Positions 49,160 through 59,828 of a stretch of DNA of 64,000 nt are shown here, piece by piece (within the stretch, counting starts at the first letter, position 1; each line of letters opens with the position of its first letter). The position numbers and the translations under genes are program-made. The notes below the pieces were generated by a model that was not told the DNA's origin, searched no databases, and saw nothing but the letters and a program-made list of their open reading frames with translations. The stretch lies in sequence record SRR20825006_2332. The stretch is one strand, 5' to 3'.

Positions 49160-50068
49160 GTGAACTCCATCCAATCTGCCCCGCACGAACTTCGAATCGG
49201 CGAAGGTCCTGAACTGCACCTGGGAATCTCCACGTGCCCCAACGACACCTTTGCCTTTTCGCGATTGTTGGATGCGGCGGTGGCTTCCGGTGAGTCGTCG
49301 TTTGATACCGGCGGGTTCACATGGCGCATCGAGTTGCTGGACATCGATGAGCTGAACCAACGATTGCTGGCCGGCGAATTCGACTTGGCAAAGACCAGTT
49401 TTCACGCGGCTTTGCTGATGGCTGATGAGACTCAGGTTCTGCCGGTGGGATCGGCACTTGGATTCGGTGTCGGACCATTGCTTCTTTCTGCCCAAAACCA
49501 CGCCAAGCCACAAACCAGAGATCAAATCACGCTGTGCCCCGGTGAACACACGACCGCTCATTTGTTGTTTCGGTTGTTTTATCCAGACTCCACTTCGGTG
49601 CGTCAGGTCGTTTTTTCGGAGATCATGCCAGCGCTTCAGCGGTCCGAGGCGGATTTCGGCGTTTGTATCCACGAAGGACGTTTTACCTACGCGGAATCGG
49701 GCCTGCATTTGGCTGCTGACCTGGGGAATCTCTGGGAAAACGCGACCCAACGTCCTTTGCCACTGGGCGGATTGGTGATGCGAGACCGCCATGCCCCCGC
49801 CACGATGGGGGCGGCCTGCGAAGTGATTCGCCGATCGCTGCAATCTGCTCGGCTGGATCCAGACTCCGCGCTGCCCGCGATGCGTCGATACGCCCAGGAA
49901 ATGGACGATTCGGTGCTGATGCAGCACGTGGACCTGTACGTCAACGACTGGACCGTGGACCTCGGATCGGTGGGTCAAGACGCTTTGACGACACTCTCGG
50001 AAATGGCTCAAGAAGTGGGCTTGGGATCAGCGAAGCTCCGTTTTTTCTGCGGCGAAACCAGTCTCTAG
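49160..50068 (+). CDS. mqnD: 1,4-dihydroxy-6-naphthoate synthase (futalosine pathway)
   Basis: STCPNDTFAF, DIDELN, GSALGFGVGP, IHEGRFTY, PLPLGG and HVDLYVN motifs. Confidence 0.92.
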   Translation: MNSIQSAPHELRIGEGPELHLGISTCPNDTFAFSRLLDAAVASGESSFDTGGFTWRIELLDIDELNQRLLAGEFDLAKTSFHAALLMADETQVLPVGSALGFGVGPLLLSAQNHAKPQTRDQITLCPGEHTTAHLLFRLFYPDSTSVRQVVFSEIMPALQRSEADFGVCIHEGRFTYAESGLHLAADLGNLWENATQRPLPLGGLVMRDRHAPATMGAACEVIRRSLQSARLDPDSALPAMRRYAQEMDDSVLMQHVDLYVNDWTVDLGSVGQDALTTLSEMAQEVGLGSAKLRFFCGETSL

Positions 50069-50161
50069 CGGTTGAGATTGTTTGCCCGAACCGGGTGAAA
50101 GAACTATCCTGGAAGTGAATGGACTGCCTCTTCTCTTCTGTCTTTTCCGCCGCTGCGTCGC

Positions 50162-53100
50162 ATGGATTCCCGGTCGCTCTCATCTTCCGATTCCTCGCAT
50201 CCGGACCGTTCTGCGGTTTTGCCGGAGGGATCCACGGTGCATCGACCCAAACCTGCACCGGCAGACCAAGAGGGCTCACCGCGAGAATCATCCGACCCTT
50301 CATTGGTCGAACCGATCGTTGATGCGGATGACGAATCGTTTCAGGACGGCCAGCGGGCATCCGGTGGGTCAAAGCCATCTCGTTCGAATCAGCCCTATCC
50401 TATCGATGAGGTGATCGAGGGTGCTGACACGGTGATCCGGGCCGGATCGAGTCGATCGAACATTTCAGCCACCCGATCGCACCGCATGACGGGCGAGCCA
50501 TTTCGGCTCCGTGACTCATCGCACGCGTCGCATCGACACAACACCCCGGCGTCGATCACACGAGACCTGGGCGGCCAACGTCTGAATCACTTTTTGCTGC
50601 TCGATCAAATCGGCGGCGGCGGGATGGGTGCCGTCTTCCGAGCCCGCGATGAACAATTGGGTCGGACCGTGGCGGTGAAGGTCATCCCGTTCGCGGCCGA
50701 TGACCCCGACTTGCAAAGACGTTTTCGCAACGAAGCCCAAAGTGCGGCAAAGCTGGATCACCCGTTGATCGCACGCGTGTTCGACGTCGGCAACGATGGC
50801 CCGTGGCACTACATCGTTTTCGAATACATCGACGGTGCCAATGTTCGCGACATGGTGGCCAATGGTGGACCGCTGTCGCTCGATGACGCGTTGTTCTTTA
50901 CAACCCAAGTCGCCGAAGCAATCGGACACGCATCGCGTCGGGGCATCGTTCACCGAGATATCAAACCGTCCAATGTCATCGTGACGACCGAAGGTGAAGT
51001 CAAGCTCGTCGATATGGGGTTGGCTCGGTCGGACAACTTTGAAACCAGCGAAGACATGACGGCCAGCGGCGTTACGCTGGGAACGTTTGATTACATCTCG
51101 CCCGAACAAGCCCGCGATCCAAGATTGGCCGACATCCGCAGCGACTTGTATTCGCTGGGATGCACGCTGTTTTACATGCTGACCGGATCGCCACCGTTCC
51201 CTGGCGGAACGATGCTGCAGAAGTTGCTCAGCCATGGCAACGCCGCGATTCCGGATATCCGCGAACACCGCGAAGATGTTCCGGCGGAGATGACGGCGAT
51301 CCTGAACAAGATGCTCGCGAAACTTCCCGAGGAACGCTATCAACGCAGCGAAACGCTGATCGCGGATCTGCGAGAACTGGCCTCGCGAGAGAATTTGCCA
51401 CGCAGTCGTGGCGTCACCGTTCCGACCGTGGAAGACCACGATCACCGCGAATCGATGCGGCGATTGCGTCGCCATTTGCCATGGATGATCGCCGCTGGAA
51501 TTCTGCTTTTCAGCGCACTCGCGGTGGAACTACTTTCGATGCCGTCGCGACGGGACTTCAGTCTCGCGATTGACAACTCAGTCTCGCCCGATGCAACTGA
51601 ATCCGTCGCACCGCGATCGACTGAAAACCTGCAAAACGTCATCGGTTCAACCGATTTGGAGACATCGCGTCCGTTTTCGCAAGGAACACCACTTCCATCA
51701 TCGACGAGCTCTCCCGCCGCCGGGACCGCTAACGCAATGGATCCGCGAAACGGGGCATCGGGCGGCCAGGGTGCATTGCTGCCTCCGGGCCAATTGCCGG
51801 AGACATCGGTTGAAGATCGGCTGCCCAGCGGAACATCCGCGACCGGAACGACATTGGAACAATCACGCCCCACCGGTACCGGCGGCACCGAACCTTTGAC
51901 GGCGATCGATCAAATTGCTGAAGGTGGCATGACGGGACGAAACGCGACGCAACAGGATCCATCGATCCCGCCGTCGATTGATCCTGACTCTGTCATTTCA
52001 GCCTCAACACCACTCGGCGGCGGAATCACGATCAATGATTCCGCGTCACCCACTGCCGCGAGCGGCAACGGGTCACCTTCGATTGCAATTGATCCGCCTC
52101 GTATCAGCGGCCTGCCTCTTCCACCTGGAATGACGGGCGAGCCTTATCAAACACTGCCGCTGGCCCCCACCGTTCCCAGCGTTGTCAATCGCGAAGGAGT
52201 CTCTGGCAGCAGCCCGATCTACACCGCCACGCCGATGAATGGCGGACCGATGATCGGGCCCGTCAACGCGAATCCGCTGACAGGCGAATCGGTTGGTTCG
52301 GCGACCACGTCAGATTCCATCGCAGCCAACATGCTGAACCCGAACTCCACAAGTTCAGTGAGACCGCTCGCCGGCGGCGAATCGACCGACGATTCAACAT
52401 CTGCCGCAGAATCCGATACCAATCTGCCAGTGGCAACGACGCCGCCCGAACCCATTCGGGTTCAGATCGTTTCGACCGAAGCACTCAGAGTTCCCCAGCT
52501 TCGTGAAGAAGCCGCTCGGGCCGGCGTGCAACTTGCCACCACTTTGTCTGATGCATTGCAACTGGCCGACGAACTGGAAATTGATCGCATCGACATTGCG
52601 ACTCCACAGCTTGTGTCCGCACCGGTGACGATCCCACGCAGTGATTTGATTCTCTCATCCAGCCTGCCTGGTGGGACTGAGATCTTGTTCCGTTCGACCG
52701 AGAACGTGGACATGCAACGCAGCGAGATGATGACGATTGGTTCACACCGAATTGAAATGTCAGGGCTGCATTTTTTCTGGACCGTTCCAGCAACGGAGAC
52801 GGACGGCGGCGCCCTATTCGCGATCAACGACAACCGCCGCGTCCGCCTACGTGATTGCACGGTGACGATTGACAACGCTTCGCGGCGGGATGATGTGCAA
52901 GCCTTCAGCATCGTTACCGATCCGGAACGACTGCCTTATGACCGAGTTGAAAGCGGCGGTGTTTCAGACACCAGCGGAGCGCTGCCGCTGGTTTCCATCG
53001 AACTGTCCAACGTGATCGTCCGCGGCCAAATCACGATGTTGCGGATGGACGTCGCCGCCGAGCTTCAGTTGCTCTGGGAAAACGGACTGCTGGCGGTTTC

Positions 53101-53674
53101 GCGCCGAATGATCGAAATGGGCGGCGCGCTTCAACCACCTCATCCTTCTTCCGGATCCGTGCGATTGTCGCTGGAACAACTGACCGCGATCACGCCCAAA
53201 GGACTGTTGCAAATGCGAATGGGCGTCAGTGCGCCCTACCCGGTCGAAATCGAGCGACGAGCCGAGGAATGCGTGTTTGTCGTTGACACGGGAATTCCTC
53301 ACATTGAATTAACGGGAATCCCACGTGTCGACCGAGATGAAATTTGGGTGCGTCTTCGTGGCTCAGGCAACGCCTACGACACAGACACCGCGTTGGACGA
53401 CCCGATGCTGCTGATTCGTGACGAATTGGGTCAAACCAGGGTCACAACGATGAGCGACATCCTGGAAATCCTTGAAAATCCGCCATCTTGGATGAACGAA
53501 CGCCAACCACGATGGACCGTCCGTTGGACCGAACAACTGCCCGAATCCACCCCCTCTAGCCGGTGGTCACCGCGAGACTTTAGGCAAGATGGATCAGTTG
53601 TGGGTGGATTCCAGGAACGGACTCTACCTAGAATGCCGATGGAACGTACATTTGACTTTCCCCCCACACCGTGA
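50162..53674 (+). CDS. Transmembrane Ser/Thr protein kinase
   Basis: IGGGGMGAVF, AVK, HRDIKPSN, DMGLAR and GTFDYISPEQ; one TM; long Pro/Ser/Thr-rich linker; beta-rich C-terminal domain. Confidence 0.92.
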   Translation: MDSRSLSSSDSSHPDRSAVLPEGSTVHRPKPAPADQEGSPRESSDPSLVEPIVDADDESFQDGQRASGGSKPSRSNQPYPIDEVIEGADTVIRAGSSRSNISATRSHRMTGEPFRLRDSSHASHRHNTPASITRDLGGQRLNHFLLLDQIGGGGMGAVFRARDEQLGRTVAVKVIPFAADDPDLQRRFRNEAQSAAKLDHPLIARVFDVGNDGPWHYIVFEYIDGANVRDMVANGGPLSLDDALFFTTQVAEAIGHASRRGIVHRDIKPSNVIVTTEGEVKLVDMGLARSDNFETSEDMTASGVTLGTFDYISPEQARDPRLADIRSDLYSLGCTLFYMLTGSPPFPGGTMLQKLLSHGNAAIPDIREHREDVPAEMTAILNKMLAKLPEERYQRSETLIADLRELASRENLPRSRGVTVPTVEDHDHRESMRRLRRHLPWMIAAGILLFSALAVELLSMPSRRDFSLAIDNSVSPDATESVAPRSTENLQNVIGSTDLETSRPFSQGTPLPSSTSSPAAGTANAMDPRNGASGGQGALLPPGQLPETSVEDRLPSGTSATGTTLEQSRPTGTGGTEPLTAIDQIAEGGMTGRNATQQDPSIPPSIDPDSVISASTPLGGGITINDSASPTAASGNGSPSIAIDPPRISGLPLPPGMTGEPYQTLPLAPTVPSVVNREGVSGSSPIYTATPMNGGPMIGPVNANPLTGESVGSATTSDSIAANMLNPNSTSSVRPLAGGESTDDSTSAAESDTNLPVATTPPEPIRVQIVSTEALRVPQLREEAARAGVQLATTLSDALQLADELEIDRIDIATPQLVSAPVTIPRSDLILSSSLPGGTEILFRSTENVDMQRSEMMTIGSHRIEMSGLHFFWTVPATETDGGALFAINDNRRVRLRDCTVTIDNASRRDDVQAFSIVTDPERLPYDRVESGGVSDTSGALPLVSIELSNVIVRGQITMLRMDVAAELQLLWENGLLAVSRRMIEMGGALQPPHPSSGSVRLSLEQLTAITPKGLLQMRMGVSAPYPVEIERRAEECVFVVDTGIPHIELTGIPRVDRDEIWVRLRGSGNAYDTDTALDDPMLLIRDELGQTRVTTMSDILEILENPPSWMNERQPRWTVRWTEQLPESTPSSRWSPRDFRQDGSVVGGFQERTLPRMPMERTFDFPPTP

Positions 53675-53748
53675 CTTTAATGGTGCGTCGACGACCTCGT
53701 CGGCTCCCGCCTAAAACCCACCTGATCTTTACTTGAGGAACCTGCTTG

Positions 53749-54144
53749 ATGAAACGCTTGGCTCTTGTTCTGGGCATCGCTGCCTGCTTTTCCACCCCAT
53801 CGTTCGCTATCAGCGAATTTGGCAAACAGTGGAAAGCTGACTACATCACTGAAGAAACCGACGCCGATTTCGTGAAAGCGACTCGCAAAGCCGGTTGCAA
53901 TCTCTGCCACGTCAAAGGTGCACCAGAAAAGAAAGAAGCTCGTAACGAGTACGGACGTGCCTTGCACAAACTGCTCGACAAGAAGGACTTCCCCAAGGAA
54001 TACTTCAAAGAGCATCCAGAAGAAGCCGCCGCTAAGATCTCGGCCGCCTTCAAGAAGGTTGCTGAAGAGAAGAGCAAAGACGGCAAGACCTTCGGTGAAA
54101 AAATCAAAGCGAACGAATTGCCAGCGACCGACGCTGGTCTTTGA
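53749..54144 (+). CDS. Small secreted Lys-rich protein with CxxCH (putative monoheme cytochrome c)
   Basis: GAGG RBS, signal peptide ending SFA, and GCNLCH. Confidence 0.75.
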   Translation: MKRLALVLGIAACFSTPSFAISEFGKQWKADYITEETDADFVKATRKAGCNLCHVKGAPEKKEARNEYGRALHKLLDKKDFPKEYFKEHPEEAAAKISAAFKKVAEEKSKDGKTFGEKIKANELPATDAGL

Positions 54145-54290
54145 TCGCCTCGGACCGTCGTCTGGGTTTCACTGAACCCCATGATGCACGTTGAGTTCGA
54201 CTAAACTGCGAAGCCCGATGAGTGTCTCACTCATCGGGCTTTCTTTTTGAACCTGCCCCGCCATCCCTTCCCCATCCGGACCCCACCCCC

Positions 54291-56435
54291 ATGCGTTCCG
54301 CTTCTTGGCGCCGTCGTTTGTCGATGTGCTCGATGATTCTTGCCACGTTGTTGCTCTTCCCCACGTCATCCGCAAACGCTGAAACGTCCCACGATGTTGT
54401 CGTTTATGGTGGAACCGCAGCAGCCGTTACCGCGGCGATTCAATCTGCTCGCATGGGCCAGTCGGTCATCATGGTTTCGCCCGACAAACATTTGGGTGGT
54501 TTAACCAGCGGCGGACTGGGTTGGACTGACACCGGCAACAAAAGTGTGATTGGTGGCCTCGCAAAGGACTTCTACCACCGCGTCTACAAACACTACCAAG
54601 ACGACTCGTCATGGAAATTTCAAACGCGAGAGAAATATGGCAACCGGGCGCAGGGTCACCGAGCCAGTGACGATGATCAAGCAACGATGTGGGTTTTCGA
54701 ACCGCATGTCGCCGAAAACATTCTCGATGAGATGTTGGCCGAACACGATATCACGGTCGTTCGCGACGCATGGCTGGATCGGGAAAAGGGCGTGAAGAAG
54801 CAGGATGGCCGCATCAAGTCCATCCAAACACTGGACGGTAAAAATTATCCGGGAAAGATGTTCATTGATGCTACCTACGAAGGCGACTTGATCGCCGCGG
54901 CGGGAGTCCAAACGGCTCACGGCCGAGAAGGGCTCAAAGACTACAACGAACCTCACGCCGGAGTTCAAACCGGTGTCCTGCATCACTCGCACCACTTTGA
55001 TGTGCTGCCCAAACGAGTTGATCCGTATGTCGTCCCAGGCGACCCGAGCAGCGGCGTGATCCCGTTGGTCAGCGCTGATCCACCGGGCGAGTTTGGATCT
55101 GCTGACGATCATGTTCAGGCCTATTGCTTCCGCACGTGCATGACCAATCACGCGGAAAACCGCGTCGCGTGGAAACGACCGGAAGGCTATGACCCCGCGA
55201 CGTATGAGATCATGGCTCGCACTTTCGAAGCGGGTTGGCGAGATGTGTTTAAAAAATTCGATCCATTACCGAACCATAAAACGGACACCAACAATCACGG
55301 ACCAGTCAGCTTCGACAACATTGGTGCCAACTACGATTACCCCGAAGCCACCTACGAGCGTCGCCAGGAAATCATTCAGCAACACGAAGATTACCAACGC
55401 GGCTTGCTGTACTTCATCGCCACCGATCCGAGAGTGCCAAAGGAAGTCCAAGACGAAATCAATCAGTGGGGATTGTCGGCGGATGAGTTCACCGACAACG
55501 ATCACTGGCCGCACCAGATCTACGTTCGCGAAGCCCGGCGGATGGTTGGCCAATTCGTGATGACCGAAAACCATTTGCGAAAAGATTTGCCCACCCCCGA
55601 CTCCGTTGGCATGGGTTCTTACGGGATCGACTCGCACAACACTCAGCGATACATCACCCCGGAAGGCTACGTGCAAAACGAGGGCGACCTGGGCGTTTCC
55701 ACTCGCGGTCCCTACAAAATTGCGATGGGTGCACTGCTTCCGAAACGCGACGAGTGCGAAAACCTGCTTTCACCAGTTTGTGTATCCGCCACGCATGTCG
55801 CCTTCGGTTCGATCCGCATGGAACCGGTCTTCATGATCCTTGGCCAATCCGCGGCAACGATCGCCGCGCTGGCCAACCAATCCGACGCGGCCGTTCAAGA
55901 CGTGCCCTACGCGGATCTTCGCAAGCGTCTGCTTGATGACAATCAAATCCTGGAAACACCAGCGGGCGTTGCGAAATCCAACCATCCTGAATCGCTGGAT
56001 CTTAAAACGGTCGAAGGCGTTAGCGTCGATGACACGCAAGCCCAACGCATCGGCGGTTGGATCCACAGCCATGCTTCGGGCAACTTCTACGGTTCAGGCT
56101 ATCACCACGATGGGAAAGTCACCGATCGCGTCAAGCAAGCGATTTACCAAGCGGATCTGCCGAAGTCGGGTCAGTACGAAGTGCGTCTGAGCTTTCCCAC
56201 CAACTCCAACCGATCCAAACAAACTCGCGTCGATGTCCATCACGGAGCGGGCACGACGACGCATCGAATCGATCAAACGCAAATCAAATCCGATTCCAAG
56301 TCGAGCAAACTGTTGTCGCTGGGCAAGTTTACATTCGACAAGTCGCAACCGGCAAAGGTTGTTATCTCGAACGAAGATGCAAATGGCTACGTCGTGATTG
56401 ACTTGGTCAATTGGCTGCCACTCGATTCTGAGTGA
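54291..56435 (+). CDS. Secreted FAD-dependent oxidoreductase with C-terminal golvesin/xanthan-lyase-like CBM domain
   Basis: DVVVYGGT, LGGLTSGGLG, IDATYEGDL, YVREARRM and GSIRMEP; C-terminal SGQYEVRL...GYVVID. Start is uncertain. Confidence 0.85.
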   Translation: MRSASWRRRLSMCSMILATLLLFPTSSANAETSHDVVVYGGTAAAVTAAIQSARMGQSVIMVSPDKHLGGLTSGGLGWTDTGNKSVIGGLAKDFYHRVYKHYQDDSSWKFQTREKYGNRAQGHRASDDDQATMWVFEPHVAENILDEMLAEHDITVVRDAWLDREKGVKKQDGRIKSIQTLDGKNYPGKMFIDATYEGDLIAAAGVQTAHGREGLKDYNEPHAGVQTGVLHHSHHFDVLPKRVDPYVVPGDPSSGVIPLVSADPPGEFGSADDHVQAYCFRTCMTNHAENRVAWKRPEGYDPATYEIMARTFEAGWRDVFKKFDPLPNHKTDTNNHGPVSFDNIGANYDYPEATYERRQEIIQQHEDYQRGLLYFIATDPRVPKEVQDEINQWGLSADEFTDNDHWPHQIYVREARRMVGQFVMTENHLRKDLPTPDSVGMGSYGIDSHNTQRYITPEGYVQNEGDLGVSTRGPYKIAMGALLPKRDECENLLSPVCVSATHVAFGSIRMEPVFMILGQSAATIAALANQSDAAVQDVPYADLRKRLLDDNQILETPAGVAKSNHPESLDLKTVEGVSVDDTQAQRIGGWIHSHASGNFYGSGYHHDGKVTDRVKQAIYQADLPKSGQYEVRLSFPTNSNRSKQTRVDVHHGAGTTTHRIDQTQIKSDSKSSKLLSLGKFTFDKSQPAKVVISNEDANGYVVIDLVNWLPLDSE

Positions 56436-56474
56436 ACCAGCCCTGCGAGTAGAACCAGCCCAGAACTCTCGCGA

Positions 56475-57662
56475 TCAATCGTCCAGGTTCAGACCGTAGT
56501 CTTTCATCTTTTTGGACAACGTGTTCCGGTTCATCCCGAGACGCGACGCGGTTTTAGTCTGCACGCCACCGCAACGCAGCAGCAACTGCGAAATCAATTC
56601 GCGTTCGACTTGGTCGACGACGACCGAGTGTAAATCTTCGGCGTCGTCGGCTTCGTCCAAACCACGCTGAACGACAATTCGAGCAAGTGTTTTCAGATCC
56701 ATTCGATTGATGTCGAGTGCCGCGTTTGCACCAGCGGGTGCTCCGGGTGCGACGTCGCTCGGACGCACTTCATTCATCCCGTTGGAAACCGGCGGTGCCT
56801 GTAACCCGCCTGCGGCGCTGTTCAATTCGCGAACCGGTGCACTGTGGTGAGGATCGCGAACACACAACGGCAATGCGTCCAGCACCAATTCGTCGGTGTC
56901 GCTCATCACTACCGCTCGCTCAACATAGTTTTGAAGTTCGCGAACGTTCCCTGGCCAGTGGTAATCCTGCAATGCACGCATCACGCCCGGACCCAAGTGC
57001 GATACATATCGGTCGTTGACTTCGTTGTAGTGATCCAAGAAAAACGCCACGAGCGCCGGGATATCTTCGCGGCGGTGCCGCAATGCCGGTAGCTCGACCG
57101 GCACCACGTTCAGACGCCAATAAAGGTCTTCCCGAAACTCTTCCAGTTGCACCTGACGCATCAGGTCGCGGTTGCTGGCCGCGATGATTCTCGCGTCGGT
57201 GCGATGACTCGACGTGTCACCAACTCGTTCGAACTCTTTCTCCTGCAGCACTCGCAGAAGCTTGACCTGCAACGTCAACGTTGTGGAGTTGATCTCATCG
57301 AGAAAGATGCTGCCCCCGTCGGCGGCTTCAAAACGACCGGCTCGGTTGGCGACGGCGCCGGTGAAGGCACCTCGCACGTGCCCGAACAATTCGCTTTCCA
57401 GCAGACTCTCGCTCAGGGCACCGCAGTTGACTTTGACGAACGGGCCACCACTACGGTGACTCAATCGGTGCACCGCTGAAGCGATCAGTTCTTTGCCCGT
57501 TCCGGTTTCTCCAAGGATCAGCACCGACGCATTGCTCACCGCAACCTTTCGCGTCACGCGATCAACTTCACGCATCGCGGGCGAATGGCCGATAACGCCA
57601 GGCAGGAGCTGTCCTCGAGAACTCACGAAATCACAACCAAGGTGCAGATTGCCCGAATGCAT
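56475..57662 (-). CDS. Sigma-54-dependent enhancer-binding protein (AAA+ and Fis HTH, no N-terminal regulatory domain)
   Basis: [47 protein letters not shown] and [12 protein letters not shown] motifs. Confidence 0.92.
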   Translation of the reverse strand: MHSGNLHLGCDFVSSRGQLLPGVIGHSPAMREVDRVTRKVAVSNASVLILGETGTGKELIASAVHRLSHRSGGPFVKVNCGALSESLLESELFGHVRGAFTGAVANRAGRFEAADGGSIFLDEINSTTLTLQVKLLRVLQEKEFERVGDTSSHRTDARIIAASNRDLMRQVQLEEFREDLYWRLNVVPVELPALRHRREDIPALVAFFLDHYNEVNDRYVSHLGPGVMRALQDYHWPGNVRELQNYVERAVVMSDTDELVLDALPLCVRDPHHSAPVRELNSAAGGLQAPPVSNGMNEVRPSDVAPGAPAGANAALDINRMDLKTLARIVVQRGLDEADDAEDLHSVVVDQVERELISQLLLRCGGVQTKTASRLGMNRNTLSKKMKDYGLNLDD

Positions 57663-58236
57663 CCATGAAGACTTGATTCTTCAATGGAGTTCTTTCCCGA
57701 ACGCCGCTTTGACGGTCTTCCAAGACTTGTTCGGCGTCGGTGTTGGGTTCACGTTCGTCGGCATATCCGATGGCAATCGCGGTGGCCGGTTCATAACCTT
57801 CGGGAAGCTGGTATTGGCCTCGAACTTGGCTCAAATTGACACCGGCCATTTGATGCACCTGCAAACCCATCGAGGTCGCTTGCAGTGACATCTGAGCCGC
57901 CGCCGCACCAAGGTCATGCAAAGCGACACGGTTCGGTTTTTGGTTGTACGAAAAATTGGTGCGAATGACGGTGCAAATCAACACTCCGGCTCGCGACGCC
58001 CAATCACGGTTGGCTTCTAATAGACACTGCAGCATTGCCTCGAACGCTTCACCGTCTTGGCGACGTGCGACAATCCATGACCAAGGCTGATCATTGAAAC
58101 TGCTGGCGGCCCAACGAGCGGCTTCCAAGCACCGACGCAACTTGTCATCTTCGACTTCACGCCCGTCAAATCGATACGGGCTCCATCGATCAGCGATGAC
58201 GGGCAATACTTCCAGATCCGTTTCGTTGACTGCCAT
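57631..58236 (-). CDS. Nitroreductase family protein
   Basis: [28 protein letters not shown] and HQMAG motifs. Confidence 0.9.
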   Translation of the reverse strand: MAVNETDLEVLPVIADRWSPYRFDGREVEDDKLRRCLEAARWAASSFNDQPWSWIVARRQDGEAFEAMLQCLLEANRDWASRAGVLICTVIRTNFSYNQKPNRVALHDLGAAAAQMSLQATSMGLQVHQMAGVNLSQVRGQYQLPEGYEPATAIAIGYADEREPNTDAEQVLEDRQSGVRERTPLKNQVFMDAFGQSAPWL

Positions 58237-58264
58237 CTTCCATCCAACGCTTTACAAGATTGTT

Positions 58265-59764
58265 TTGAACAACGCACCCCAGGTCGCCACGTCAGAAAAC
58301 GCGAACTCAAACCGTCCTGGTGCGGAGCGGATAGGTTATCACGGCGGTTCAAACTGGGCTACGTGGTCGATTCGCAAGCGATGTCAAATTGTGGGTCGAG
58401 CACGCGACGAAATCGCATCACGAGTCGATCAGTTGACACGCTTGAGTCGAAGCGAACAACGCACCGATGACGCAGAAACGGTGGCGTCGGAATTGATCCC
58501 CTTGTGCGACGCATTGCGGTGGATCGGCAAGCACGGCAGGAAAACGCTCGCACCCCGAAAGGTCGGTTTGACGGGTCGTCCGGTGTGGATGTGGGGCGTC
58601 CGCAGCGTTGTCCAGCGAGTCCCGCTGGGGCGCGTTCTGATCCTCGGAACGTGGAATTACCCGTTGCTTTTGCCGGGAGTGCAAATGGCCCAGGCCCTGG
58701 CCGCCGGCAATCACGTTTGGCTCAAACCGGCTCCCGGATCGGAAGCCGTCTCCGCGGAACTGGTCGCCGCATTTATGGCGGCGGGTGTTCCGAAGTCCGC
58801 CGTCACCTTGCTGGGCTCGTCCACCGAGGCGGCAATCGAAGCACAATCCAAGGGCATTGGTTTGGTCGTCCTGACTGGATCAGCGCAAACTGGAAAACAG
58901 GTCCTCAGACAATCCGCTGAAACACTCACTCCGTCGATCGTGGAATTGTCGGGCGTCGACGCGGCAATTGCTCTGCCCGGTGCAGATGTGAATCGCGTGA
59001 TCAATTCCTTGGCGTTTGGGTTGCTGTTCAACAGCGGAGCGACCTGCATCGGCCCGCGACGATTGATCATTCTCAATCATCCAACGACGTCGGAAATCAC
59101 ACACCGACTCATCAATCGCCTGCGAGATGCGAACGAAGTGTCCGTTCATCCGGCGGCGCGTCCCGGCGTTGCCGACCTGATCGACAACGCTCTTGAAAAC
59201 GGTGCTGAAGATAGCCTCGGTCAATACAACGCGGGAAGACTTCGCAACACGGGCAAGATGCATCCGGTGGTGCTTCAAAACGTGCCGGACGATCACGCGA
59301 TTTTGCAAAGCGATGTGTTCGCGCCGGTCATCTCGATCATCCCGGTTCAAAAAATCGAACAAGCTATCCGGATGGTCAACGAATGCCCTTACCGTTTGGC
59401 AGCCTCCGTTTTTGGTCCGGCGTCCGAGGCACGCGAGTGTGCGGAACGTCTGGATGTGGGCGTGGTCACGATCAACGACATGGTCGCACCAACGGCCGAT
59501 CCGCGTTTACCGTTTGGCGGACGTGGGCAAAGTGGCTTTGGAGTGACCCGAGGCCCGGAAGGGTTACTCGCGATGACGGGGTGTCGAGTCATCGCGACTC
59601 GGCGCGGTCGCGGGGCAATGCACTTGTCACCTCGAAACGATGCAGACGCCGAGTTGTTGTCCGGCGTGCTGCAATTGTCCCACAGCGAGGACTGGGGGCG
59701 GCGAATTGCAGCTCTCCGCCGCGTCACCACTGCCGCCTCCCGGTGGCGTGCATTAAAAAAGTAG
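58265..59764 (+). CDS. Aldehyde dehydrogenase, probably diapocarotenoid aldehyde oxidase (AldH/CrtNc-like)
   Basis: TWNYP, LTGS, ELSG, GATCIG and PFGGRGQSGFG motifs; heads the crt-like operon. Start is uncertain (TTG 58265 chosen to avoid overlapping the nitroreductase). Confidence 0.8.
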   Translation: MNNAPQVATSENANSNRPGAERIGYHGGSNWATWSIRKRCQIVGRARDEIASRVDQLTRLSRSEQRTDDAETVASELIPLCDALRWIGKHGRKTLAPRKVGLTGRPVWMWGVRSVVQRVPLGRVLILGTWNYPLLLPGVQMAQALAAGNHVWLKPAPGSEAVSAELVAAFMAAGVPKSAVTLLGSSTEAAIEAQSKGIGLVVLTGSAQTGKQVLRQSAETLTPSIVELSGVDAAIALPGADVNRVINSLAFGLLFNSGATCIGPRRLIILNHPTTSEITHRLINRLRDANEVSVHPAARPGVADLIDNALENGAEDSLGQYNAGRLRNTGKMHPVVLQNVPDDHAILQSDVFAPVISIIPVQKIEQAIRMVNECPYRLAASVFGPASEARECAERLDVGVVTINDMVAPTADPRLPFGGRGQSGFGVTRGPEGLLAMTGCRVIATRRGRGAMHLSPRNDADAELLSGVLQLSHSEDWGRRIAALRRVTTAASRWRALKK

Positions 59765-59828
59765 GGCGTTTCGAATTGAAGCCGCCCACATTTGCCCGGA
59801 ACGTTTCCCCACGGATCGAAAGTCCCAG

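Noticed and set aside
50516..51475. 319-aa minus-strand ORF
   Set aside because: Antisense shadow of the kinase domain.
56434..56461. Direct repeat GAACCAGCCC x2 between convergent genes
   Set aside because: Too short and only two copies; no function can be supported.
58094..58264. N-terminal extension of the aldehyde dehydrogenase ORF
   Set aside because: Overlaps the divergent nitroreductase CDS and has no ALDH-like sequence, so the true start is probably downstream.
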